IMG/VR virus record: IMGVR_UViG_3300025387_000001
Strand: one strand, 5' to 3'
DNA length: 64,000 nt
Source: an uncultured virus (IMG/VR IMGVR_UViG_3300025387_000001)
Taxonomy: Duplodnaviria; Heunggongvirae; Uroviricota; Caudoviricetes
Numbering within the stretch: the stretch's first letter is position 1; each line of letters opens with the position of its first letter. Below are positions 40,664 through 48,929 of the stretch, piece after piece. The notes beneath the pieces are model-generated. The model was given only the letters and a program-made list of their open reading frames with translations. It was not told the origin of the DNA and ran no database searches. The translations under genes were made by a program, and so were the position numbers.

Positions 40664-41229
40664 CCCCTTACACCTACCTTATCGGTTGGTCCATCCACAA
40701 TAAATGGTATTACGGAGCAGAATACGGGAGTGTGGTAAAAGTTGCCAACCCTTCTAATCTTTGGAATACCTACTTCACTTCTTCCTCAGAGGTAAAAAAG
40801 TTTAGACAAGAATACGGAGAACCTGATGTTATAGAGATCCGTCGGACATTCATAACAGAAAAAGAATGTCGAGAATGGGAAGATAAAGTTCTAACCAAAT
40901 TGGATGTTATCAAGTCAGACCGTTGGTTGAATAAGAGACAAGGAAGTTCTTGTAAGTTTATTTGTGAAGGACATTCTGAGGAGTCAAAAGAAAAAATGCG
41001 AGGCCCTAGAGGACCTCAAAGAGAGGAATGGATAACAAATAGATTTGCTAACCGAGTTCCTGCTAAAACAACGGCCCTAAAAGGTCGCCCTTCACCTATC
41101 AAAGGAAAGACCATAAAGAAAAGAGAAAAGTTATTGTGTCCTGTATGTAATAGAATGATTGATGTATCAAACTATGTGAAATGGAAACATGGAGAAAGTT
41201 GTAATGAAAACAAGAGAAATCATTTCTAA
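40651..41229 (+). CDS. Putative homing endonuclease (divergent GIY-YIG type) with NUMOD3 and Zn-finger
   Basis: PYTYLIGW...WYYG, YFTSS, WEDKVL, WLN, HSEESKEKM, CPVC. Confidence 0.75.
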   Translation: MSIYTPYTYLIGWSIHNKWYYGAEYGSVVKVANPSNLWNTYFTSSSEVKKFRQEYGEPDVIEIRRTFITEKECREWEDKVLTKLDVIKSDRWLNKRQGSSCKFICEGHSEESKEKMRGPRGPQREEWITNRFANRVPAKTTALKGRPSPIKGKTIKKREKLLCPVCNRMIDVSNYVKWKHGESCNENKRNHF

Positions 41230-41623
41230 ACTGGAAGAAGTTGTAACAACTTTGCGAAACGAGAATGTAGAAGAAAATCCTGTCCAAGAGGACGAATGGG
41301 AATCTTCTCGTCGGACAAGGTTTTATACCAGTAAAAAGGATAGATATATTGTCCGACACGGATATGGAGATAATAAAACATATTTTACTTGCTATGAAGA
41401 AGCAAGACAGTGGATTGATAAAGATATGGCTGAGTATTCTAGAATACTTGGTGAACTTTCTAGTGAAAGTTCTATTCCTGAATATGCTATTGATGTTGAG
41501 GAAACCTATACTATTGAGTTCGTCAAACCGAGAAAAAAGAAGGCTGTAAAATCTGGATATTTCGGACAACAAAGGGCTCCTGATGGTGAGTATAAAGGTG
41601 TCACTGATGTTTGGGTAGAATAA
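41204..41623 (+). CDS. Hypothetical protein
   Basis: ORF overlapping the endonuclease end, SD GGAG. Confidence 0.5.
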   Translation: MKTREIISKLEEVVTTLRNENVEENPVQEDEWESSRRTRFYTSKKDRYIVRHGYGDNKTYFTCYEEARQWIDKDMAEYSRILGELSSESSIPEYAIDVEETYTIEFVKPRKKKAVKSGYFGQQRAPDGEYKGVTDVWVE

Positions 41624-41631
41624 AATAGAGA

Positions 41632-41660
41632 TTGACAATACACCAATACCCTGCTATAAT
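41632..41660 (+). promoter_or_regulatory. Consensus sigma70 promoter upstream of the tRNA-like gene
   Basis: TTGACA-17 nt-TATAAT with extended TG. Confidence 0.8.
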
Positions 41661-41694
41661 ATAAAAATCGTCGGTATTATAGCAGGGTATAAAT

Positions 41695-41766
41695 GCGGAG
41701 ATAGTATAAAGGTATTACCCAGGTCCCCCCTGGAATCTGTGTTTCGATTACACAGTCTCCGCTCCA
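41695..41766 (+). tRNA. tRNA-Gly-like RNA with non-canonical anticodon and T arms
   Basis: Acceptor GCGGAGA/TCTCCGC, discriminator T, encoded CCA; D arm GTA-TAAAGGTAT-TAC; CCAGG-TCCCC-CCTGG; CTGTGT-TTCGATT-ACACAG. Confidence 0.7.
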
Positions 41767-41803
41767 AAACGACGAAACTTAACTATGAAAAAGGAAATAT
41801 ATT

Positions 41804-42025
41804 ATGGCTACACCACGTAAGACACAAATCGAAAAGATCGAAAACGTCCTCCTGAAGAACACGAAATCACCTGGTATCACAGCGGATTCCATTGCTAAGT
41901 TGGCCCGCGTTCCTCGTGAGAATGTTGGCAAGCGTGTTTCCGACCTTCGTGAGTATTACAACATTTACACCAACTACCGCAATGTTGACGGTAAGCGCAC
42001 AGCTTTCTATCGCCTTGCCCAGTAA
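41804..42025 (+). CDS. Small winged-HTH DNA-binding protein
   Basis: ITADSIAKLARVPRENVGKRVSDLR...FYRL. Confidence 0.65.
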   Translation: MATPRKTQIEKIENVLLKNTKSPGITADSIAKLARVPRENVGKRVSDLREYYNIYTNYRNVDGKRTAFYRLAQ

Positions 42026-42050
42026 TACTTTCTAAAAAGTATGCTATATA

Positions 42051-42080
42051 GGGATGTGGCACCTCGCCACGTCCCTTTTT
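42051..42080 (+). terminator. Intrinsic terminator
   Basis: GGGATGTGGC-ACCTC-GCCACGTCCC-TTTTT. Confidence 0.8.
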
Positions 42081-42099
42081 GTTTATGTGAAAGAATAAT

Positions 42100-42675
42100 A
42101 TGATTGAAAATATTTGGTCAACTCCTATATATCATAATATGATAGATAATGTAGATGAAATCAATAACGAAATTTATCAAAATACAAAGTCTCTACAATA
42201 TATTGATGTGCTGCCTGACTTAGGAGAAAAAACTCATAAAATTTCTAATACTTTTGACGAAAATTTTCTACAAAAATATAATTTAATAAAAACTGAAAAA
42301 ATGATTATCGAAAATGTGAAAAAATACTTTTCTGAGATATATTATGAATATGATTTGAATTATAATATTAATAAAATTGAGTCTTGGATGACATCATTTT
42401 GTCGTAATCAATATTCAATATCACATGTTCACGGTACTAGCAATGTTTCTGGTGTATATTATTATAAATCAAATGGTGAAGATGGTAATATAATTTTTCA
42501 AAACTTTGATTCTTTGTCTTTTTCTAAATGTTTTGTGCATTATAGACAATCTTGGATTCATAAACCTTGTGTTGGAAAAATTTTATTATTTCCATCGTGT
42601 ATCTTACATTATGTTACTCAAAATAACACAGATACAGAAAGAAATAGTCTATCGTTCAATATTTTTTTAAAATAA
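42100..42675 (+). CDS. Putative 2OG-Fe(II) oxygenase (TIGR02466-like)
   Basis: SW, HVH..SNVSGVYY, LFPSCILHYV..N...RNSLSFN. Confidence 0.82.
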   Translation: MIENIWSTPIYHNMIDNVDEINNEIYQNTKSLQYIDVLPDLGEKTHKISNTFDENFLQKYNLIKTEKMIIENVKKYFSEIYYEYDLNYNINKIESWMTSFCRNQYSISHVHGTSNVSGVYYYKSNGEDGNIIFQNFDSLSFSKCFVHYRQSWIHKPCVGKILLFPSCILHYVTQNNTDTERNSLSFNIFLK

Positions 42676-42689
42676 AGTGAGGGTATAAT

Positions 42690-43496
42690 ATGGAACTTAA
42701 AATTTCAACTGAAGAATTGAGACAAAAAAAACTATTCGTTGCTACGCCTTGCTACGGTGGTCAGTGTTTTGGTTTATATGCTAAGGCGTGTTTGGATCTT
42801 CAAGCGACTTGTATTCAATATGGCATGGAATGCCGCTTCTCATTTATCTTTAATGAGTCCCTAATCACTCGCGCCCGCAATTATCTTGTTGATGAATTCC
42901 TCCGTTCAGGTTGCACTCATCTATTATTCATCGACTCCGACATTCAGTTCAATCCACAGGACGTCCTTGCTCTATTGGCATTGGATAAAGATATCATTGG
43001 CGGTCCATATCCAAAGAAGTCAATCAACTGGTCTAACATTGTTAATGCCGTAAAACGTAATGCTGATAATAAAGACTTTAATCCTGGTATGCTTGATGGT
43101 GTTACAGGTGACTTCGTATTCAATCCAGTTCCAGGTACCACATCATTCAAGGTAACTGAACCAGTTGAGGTTATGGAGATTGGTACAGGGTTTATGATGG
43201 TAAAGCGTGAAGTATTTGAGAAGTATGCGGAAGAATATCCACACCTTCATTATAAGCCAGACCACGTTGGTCAGGCCAACTTTGATGGTTCACGATACAT
43301 TCATGCCTTCTTTGATACAGTCATTGATCCACAATCACATCGTTATCTTTCTGAGGATTATATGTTCTGTCAAAATGCCCGCGCCATCGGTCTCCAAGTA
43401 TGGCTATGTCCTTGGATGAAGACGACGCATGTTGGCACATATGGGTTCCAGGGTGACCTTCCTGCCGTTGCAGCATTGAGCGGTAATCTGAGGTGA
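42690..43496 (+). CDS. GT-A fold glycosyltransferase-like protein
   Basis: FVATPCYGG, ESLITRARN, FIDSDI (DxD), GTGFMM, LSEDYMFC. Confidence 0.75.
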   Translation: MELKISTEELRQKKLFVATPCYGGQCFGLYAKACLDLQATCIQYGMECRFSFIFNESLITRARNYLVDEFLRSGCTHLLFIDSDIQFNPQDVLALLALDKDIIGGPYPKKSINWSNIVNAVKRNADNKDFNPGMLDGVTGDFVFNPVPGTTSFKVTEPVEVMEIGTGFMMVKREVFEKYAEEYPHLHYKPDHVGQANFDGSRYIHAFFDTVIDPQSHRYLSEDYMFCQNARAIGLQVWLCPWMKTTHVGTYGFQGDLPAVAALSGNLR

Positions 43497-44092
43497 TAAT
43501 CGGCGTTGTCGGTTACATTGGTTCCGGCAAAGGCACAGTAGGTGACATTCTCGAAAGAGATTATGGTTACAAAAAGTTTGCCTTTGCCGATGCTCTTAAA
43601 GACGCCGTGGCCTCCATCTTCGTGTGGCCACGGGGTCTTTTGGAAGGTGACACTAACGCTTCACGGGCCTTCCGCGAACGTGTTGACCCTTGGTGGTCCC
43701 ATAAGTTTGGTTATGAAGTCACACCTCGCCTCATTCTACAAAAAATGGGTAGTGAGGCATGCCGAGACAATATCGCAGATAACATCTGGATTGCCGCATT
43801 AGAGAAACGTATTCACGGATATGAAGATGTGGTTATATCCGATACTCGTTTTCCTAATGAAATAGATTTTATTCGGAGTGCCGGCGGCAAGATTATCCGC
43901 GTAAAACGAGGTGATGACCCATCTCCAGAAGAACTTTCCAAGATGCATATATCAGAGACGGCATGGAATAACTATGTTCCGGATTTTATTCTTCACAATG
44001 AAGGAACAGTGAATGATCTAAAAGAAAATATAAAAACCATCTTGACACAAAACGATAAAGATGCTAGTATATATTACAGTTTGACAATATGA
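43493..44092 (+). CDS. Deoxynucleoside monophosphate kinase (gp1-like)
   Basis: GYIGSGKGT, FADALKD, PRLILQKMGSE, SDTRFPNE, HISE. Confidence 0.9.
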   Translation: MIIGVVGYIGSGKGTVGDILERDYGYKKFAFADALKDAVASIFVWPRGLLEGDTNASRAFRERVDPWWSHKFGYEVTPRLILQKMGSEACRDNIADNIWIAALEKRIHGYEDVVISDTRFPNEIDFIRSAGGKIIRVKRGDDPSPEELSKMHISETAWNNYVPDFILHNEGTVNDLKENIKTILTQNDKDASIYYSLTI

Positions 44093-44102
44093 GGAGTATA
44101 AT

Positions 44103-44759
44103 ATGAAGTTTAGTGAAAATACCTTAACGGTTCTAAAGAACTTTGCCAATATCAATAGCGGTGTTGTTCTTAATCCTGGCAAGGTTCAGAAAACAATGTC
44201 ATCGGAACGTTCCATTCTCCTCGAGGCAACTCTTGAGGATGATATCCCACAACAGTTTGGCATCTATGATCTGAATAACTTTCTAGGTAACATTACAACC
44301 CTACGCAATCCTGAAATCACATTTAGCACCGACTCCGTGTCTATGACTGAAGGTGACTTTACCTTGACGTATCTTCCTTGTTCACCTAATCTTATCATTA
44401 CACCACCTGCCGACAAGGAACTATCAATCAAGAATGTTGATGTATCTTTTACTTTGTTAAATGCTTCTATCTCACGGTTGCTAAAGTTGGCCTCGATGAA
44501 CAACCTTCCACACCTATCGGTAGTTGGTAAGGATGGTGCCCTATTGCTAAAGATCCATGAGAAAGCAAATGACACGTCCAACCACGGTTCTACAAAGATT
44601 GGTGATTATGCTGGTAAGGACTTTATCGCAACCTTCAAGAGCGAGAACCTGAAACTAATCCCTGATGACTATGATGTGGAACTCCAGATTGGTGCCTTTG
44701 CCAAGTTCGTGAACAAGGCAGGTAATCTTAAATACTTCATTGCTCAGGAAACAAAATAA
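44103..44759 (+). CDS. gp45: Sliding clamp gp45
   Basis: MKFSENTLTVLKNFANIN, FGIYDLNNFL, ENLKLIPDDYDV, YFIA. Confidence 0.95.
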   Translation: MKFSENTLTVLKNFANINSGVVLNPGKVQKTMSSERSILLEATLEDDIPQQFGIYDLNNFLGNITTLRNPEITFSTDSVSMTEGDFTLTYLPCSPNLIITPPADKELSIKNVDVSFTLLNASISRLLKLASMNNLPHLSVVGKDGALLLKIHEKANDTSNHGSTKIGDYAGKDFIATFKSENLKLIPDDYDVELQIGAFAKFVNKAGNLKYFIAQETK

Positions 44760-44956
44760 TGAGTAAGAAAATCTATGATGTTCTGTTAATGGCATTTACA
44801 GGTGCCACTATTGTGGCATTTGTTTATGTGATTGCTAACAATGTTTCTCTGCATGAACTGTATATCCAAAAATGTAAAGACGGCGGCGGTGTTGCCGTTG
44901 TAGCAGCAAATGGATATGTTTGTATTAACCCTGGCGCAATTATTGAGGTGGACTAA
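44759..44956 (+). CDS. Small membrane protein
   Basis: One hydrophobic helix, C...C. Confidence 0.5.
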   Translation: MSKKIYDVLLMAFTGATIVAFVYVIANNVSLHELYIQKCKDGGGVAVVAANGYVCINPGAIIEVD

Positions 44957-45252
44957 TGAGTATGATTGGACATAACCAACAGCAAAGGTCGGTTCAAGGT
45001 CTTACAGATGAAGATCGTAAGATCCTCCGTAAGGCAGTTATGGAGATGAATGACTCCATGACCCGTGTTGGTGCCGAACGTGAACTACAAAAAGAAACCA
45101 CAAATGAGGTTGCCGATAAACTCGGTATTGATAAGAAGTTGTTCCGCCGTATGTCGAGAGCATACTTCCGTGCCAACTTCAAAGAAGAGGTTCAAGAGAA
45201 TACGGACTTTGAAGAGTTTTATACCACTGTTATGGAAAAGACGGCGAGTTGA
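44956..45252 (+). CDS. DsbA-like phage dsDNA-binding protein
   Basis: EMNDSMTRVGAERELQKE...LGIDKKLFRRMSRAYF. Confidence 0.7.
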   Translation: MSMIGHNQQQRSVQGLTDEDRKILRKAVMEMNDSMTRVGAERELQKETTNEVADKLGIDKKLFRRMSRAYFRANFKEEVQENTDFEEFYTTVMEKTAS

Positions 45253-45265
45253 AAACTTCGGAATG

Positions 45266-45345
45266 CTAAATAGTTGTAGGCCACGGTGTTACCAGCACCT
45301 GCCTACTCTAACGCTAACTGGAGCGCCAGCCTATGACTATTTATC
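45266..45345. repeat. Conserved structured leader cassette, copy 5
   Basis: CTAAATA..GTAGGC CAC GGTG-TTACCAG-CACC T GCCTAC TCTAACGCT-AACTGG-AGCGCCAGC CT ATGACTATTTA. Confidence 0.85.
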
Positions 45346-45896
45346 GTCGTATCTACGAACAACACCACGGACCTATTCCTATTGATGAAAATGGAAGAAC
45401 TTATGATATCCATCACATAGATGGTAATCGTAAGAATAATGACCCTAAAAATCTTGTTGCTTTATCTGTAAAAGACCATTATAATATACATCACCGTCAA
45501 GGAGATTGGTATGCCTGCCTTTTGATATCCAAAGAAATGAATATGTTGGCAGAAGAAAAGTCCGAGATTTCACGGAGAGTGGCCTTAGAAAGGTCCATGA
45601 ATGGTACTAATCCTCTTTCGGGCCCTGAAATGAATAGAAAAATGTTATGTGAAGGAATACATCCAACACAACAGAAAAAACAATGTGAATGTTGTGGTAA
45701 AGAAGTAACACTTCCTGTATATGGTAGATATCATGGTAAAAAATGTGGAATGAAAAGACCAAAAAGAGAATGGAAATATGAAGATGTGAAATGTCCGCAT
45801 TGCGGATTAGTTGGTTCCGGTGGTAATATGAAAAGATACCACTTTGATAACTGTAAATATAGGATGATAAATGATGGAAGATTTTCTTTGGGTTGA
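45333..45896 (+). CDS. HNH homing endonuclease with C-terminal Zn-fingers
   Basis: DIHHIDGNRKNNDPKNLVALSVKDHYNIH; CECCG; CPHCG...NMKRYHFDNCK. Confidence 0.9.
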   Translation: MTIYRRIYEQHHGPIPIDENGRTYDIHHIDGNRKNNDPKNLVALSVKDHYNIHHRQGDWYACLLISKEMNMLAEEKSEISRRVALERSMNGTNPLSGPEMNRKMLCEGIHPTQQKKQCECCGKEVTLPVYGRYHGKKCGMKRPKREWKYEDVKCPHCGLVGSGGNMKRYHFDNCKYRMINDGRFSLG

Positions 45897-46809
45897 AAGG
45901 TATAGACCCACAAAAGTAATAGAATGTATTTTACCAGATAGAATAAAGTCTGTGTTTCAGGATTATGTGAATGATGGTAACGTACCTAACCTAATGCTTA
46001 CAGGACCAGCAGGTTGTGGTAAAACAACTATTGCTCGGGCATTATGCGTTGAGTTAGGACTCAACCATCTCTTTATCAATAGTTCTGATGAACGTGGTAT
46101 TGATATGTTGAGAACCAAGATTAAAGGTTATGCCTCAACCATCTCTCTTACAGGTGGTCGTAAGGTTATCATCCTTGATGAGGCTGACTATCTTACACCA
46201 GAGGCCCAGGCGGGACTTCGTGGGGCTATTGAGGAGTTTAGTGACAACTGCTCCTTTATCTTCACCTGTAACTTTAAGGCAAGGTTGATTGATGCTCTAC
46301 ATTCTCGATGTGCCGTTGTTGACTTCTCACTCAAAGGTGATGAGAAGGCCAAGATGGCAATGGAGATGTTTAAAAGATTAAAAACAATATTAGTAACAGA
46401 GGGAATTGAATACGATGCCAACGTTTTGGGAAAGATTGTATCGCGGTATTTCCCAGATTACCGCCGAACTCTCAACGAGATACAACGTTATTCTTCTGGC
46501 GGAACTATTGATGCTGGTGTTCTTGCTCAAGTTGACAATGTAAGAAAACTGGAAGAACTTATCAAGGCACTAAAGGAGAAAGACTTTGGTACTATGCGCA
46601 AGTGGGTTGTGAATAACTCCGATGTTGATCCAGCAAGGATTTATCAAGATATTTACGATGGAATGAACACATTTCTTAAACCTGAATCCATCCCATATGT
46701 GGTCATTACAATTGCAAAATACCAGTATCAACAGGCCTTCGTTTCTAGTCAGGAAATAAATCTAGTCGCAGCATTAACAGAGATTATGGTTGAGGCGGAG
46801 TTTATGTGA
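45871..46809 (+). CDS. gp44: Clamp loader large subunit gp44
   Basis: LWVERYRP, GPAGCGKTT, IILDEADYL, LHSRC. Confidence 0.95.
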   Translation: MMEDFLWVERYRPTKVIECILPDRIKSVFQDYVNDGNVPNLMLTGPAGCGKTTIARALCVELGLNHLFINSSDERGIDMLRTKIKGYASTISLTGGRKVIILDEADYLTPEAQAGLRGAIEEFSDNCSFIFTCNFKARLIDALHSRCAVVDFSLKGDEKAKMAMEMFKRLKTILVTEGIEYDANVLGKIVSRYFPDYRRTLNEIQRYSSGGTIDAGVLAQVDNVRKLEELIKALKEKDFGTMRKWVVNNSDVDPARIYQDIYDGMNTFLKPESIPYVVITIAKYQYQQAFVSSQEINLVAALTEIMVEAEFM

Positions 46810-47201
46810 TGGTTGATGTCTTTAAAGAAATCATACCTTCCATTCAGCAAACTAAAAGAGACCTATCTAACGAGGAGGGGTTTGAAAAGAGTTACCTACC
46901 CTTCATAGTTAATAGGTCTCTGTCATTTCATTACGATTGTGTGATGCAGGTGAATGAGATGAATAAGTATCCTGGATTGAATAGCAAAATGCAGTATGAC
47001 TATCTCTTCAACTCTATAAGAGGTTACAAGAGAAAGTTTGAGCCTTGGCAAAAGTTATCCAAGAATGAAAACTTAGAACTTGTAAAAGAATACTTTGGTT
47101 ATTCTAATGAGAAGGCAAAAGATGTTCTATCATTACTTTCGGAAAAACAGATTAATGTTATAAGAGAAAATCTGAATAAAGGTGGTATAAAAAAGAAATA
47201 A
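46806..47201 (+). CDS. gp62: Clamp loader small subunit gp62
   Basis: YLPFIVNRSLS, NEMN, QYDYL, VKEYFGYSNEKA. Confidence 0.92.
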   Translation: MMVDVFKEIIPSIQQTKRDLSNEEGFEKSYLPFIVNRSLSFHYDCVMQVNEMNKYPGLNSKMQYDYLFNSIRGYKRKFEPWQKLSKNENLELVKEYFGYSNEKAKDVLSLLSEKQINVIRENLNKGGIKKK

Positions 47202-47255
47202 AATGTTTCTTTGAAAAAACCTTTTTGCCTAAATAAAGGTAGAAAGGATGCTATT

Positions 47256-47852
47256 ATGACTAATGTAATAGGTTATAATCAACTGCCTGATAGAGAAGAG
47301 TTTGTTGATCTATACATAAATCAAGGTAAGTTACAGAGAGAACTTGCTGAAATATATGGATGCGGAAAATTAAGAATCCGTCAATGGATAAAAAAATTTG
47401 GATTAGAAACTAGAATACAAGGTGGAGGTAACAATAGAAAATATGATGTAACAAAAGAACACTTGTTATATTTGATAAACAATAAACATACCAATGATGA
47501 AATTGCTGATCTTTTAGGGATGTCTAGAAGTAATGTAGCAAGATGCCTAAGTTCATTCGGCCTAAAGAGAGAGTTAAATATACCAGAATATCAAAAGTAT
47601 GCGAGAAAGGTCAGATACCTTACAGAAACCAATTATGCTAAATACAAAGAGATCATAAATCCTGATGACTATCCAAGAACATTATGTGGTGTGGATGGTG
47701 GTTATCAATTAGATCACATATTTGGTGTAAGAGAATGTTTTGATAAAGGTTTGTCTATTGAGGAATGTTCTAGTTTAACAAACCTTCAAATGATACCTTG
47801 GAAAGCAAATCTCCAAAAAAGAAAAATGAAGGGTAAAACTGATGAATACTGA
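47256..47852 (+). CDS. HTH-containing HNH-type endonuclease
   Basis: Two N-terminal HTH-like units; YQLDHIF...NLQMIPWKANLQK. Confidence 0.75.
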   Translation: MTNVIGYNQLPDREEFVDLYINQGKLQRELAEIYGCGKLRIRQWIKKFGLETRIQGGGNNRKYDVTKEHLLYLINNKHTNDEIADLLGMSRSNVARCLSSFGLKRELNIPEYQKYARKVRYLTETNYAKYKEIINPDDYPRTLCGVDGGYQLDHIFGVRECFDKGLSIEECSSLTNLQMIPWKANLQKRKMKGKTDEY

Positions 47853-48261
47853 CGATATTTTAAAGGATTTTATTGAAGTGAAATTGCCAGATCCACAAGC
47901 CTTTTTAAAAGTTAAAGAAACTTTGACTCGCATTGGTGTTGCTTCCAAAAAAGACAAAACACTTTATCAATCAGTCCATATTTTACATAAACAAGGTCGT
48001 TATTTCCTTCCGCATTTCAAAGAAATGTTTATGTTAGACGGTAAACCTACTGACTTCTCGGAGGAAGATAAGGGCCGTCGTAATACTATTGCTAACCTTT
48101 TAGCAGAATGGGGTTTAGTTAATCTTGTTGATAAGAACAAGAGTGCTGATCCACTTACACCTCTTAATAGGATTAAAATTATCTCCTATAGTGAGAAACC
48201 TGAATGGAACTTGGTCGCCAAGTATTCTCTAGGTAAGAAAAGATATCCAGACCAAGAATAA
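47842..48261 (+). CDS. regA: Translational repressor RegA
   Basis: FLKVKETLTRIGVAS, LYQSVHILHKQGRY..HFKEMF.LDG, RRNTIA.LL.EWGL. Confidence 0.95.
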   Translation: MNTDDILKDFIEVKLPDPQAFLKVKETLTRIGVASKKDKTLYQSVHILHKQGRYFLPHFKEMFMLDGKPTDFSEEDKGRRNTIANLLAEWGLVNLVDKNKSADPLTPLNRIKIISYSEKPEWNLVAKYSLGKKRYPDQE

Positions 48262-48275
48262 TATTGGAGTATATT

Positions 48276-48929
48276 ATGACACAATTGAAATTTTTTAGAT
48301 TACATCCACAGGTGAAACTACCAGCAAAGCAGACCACACAGTCAGCATGTTTTGACTTGTCTTTCCAGGGGTATTACAATAATACCTATGAAGGGTATAG
48401 TCATCATAATAAAAACTTCAAAAGACCTATGAATAACCAGATTGTTGTTCAGCCAGGTGACCGTGTTATGGTACCAACTGGACTTATCTTTGACATTCCA
48501 GAAGGTTACTCCGTGCGCCTCCACGCCCGCTCCGGAGCGTCACTGAAGCAAGGTCTAGTTCTTGCTAATGCTGAAGGTGTTATTGATTCCGATTATGTTA
48601 ATGAGGTTATGGTTCTTGTCTATAACATTTCTCAGAACCAGATTGTAATCAATGCTGGTGATCGTATTGCACAAGGTGAGTTGGTCAAGGATATTGAGTA
48701 TTCTATTTCCGAATCCGCAGCAAGACCAGGTGTAAAGACCAACCGCACAGGTGGTATGGGATCAACTGGTGTATCATCGGATGGTCCAACAATTGTTATC
48801 CAAATTCCAGATGATGATAGAAAAATAGAAAAGACCAAAAGTAAAGTTAGCAAGTTACCTCCCAAATTACCACCTAAGGCGCCGCCTAAGGTACCAACAA
48901 GAAAACCAGGAAGGCCTAAGAAAGCATGA
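48276..48929 (+). CDS. dut: Trimeric dUTPase with a Pro/Lys-rich C-terminal tail
   Basis: SACFDL, ARSG, GVIDSDY, GDRIAQG, RTGGMGSTG. Confidence 0.92.
   Translation: MTQLKFFRLHPQVKLPAKQTTQSACFDLSFQGYYNNTYEGYSHHNKNFKRPMNNQIVVQPGDRVMVPTGLIFDIPEGYSVRLHARSGASLKQGLVLANAEGVIDSDYVNEVMVLVYNISQNQIVINAGDRIAQGELVKDIEYSISESAARPGVKTNRTGGMGSTGVSSDGPTIVIQIPDDDRKIEKTKSKVSKLPPKLPPKAPPKVPTRKPGRPKKA

Noticed and set aside
25152..45345. The five-copy cassette as a known self-cleaving ribozyme or riboswitch
   Set aside because: Minus-strand CUGAU recalls a hammerhead core, but CUGANGA/GAAA is absent and copies 4 and 5 read CUGG. I could not match twister, pistol, HDV or SAM/fluoride consensus by eye. An Rfam search is still needed.
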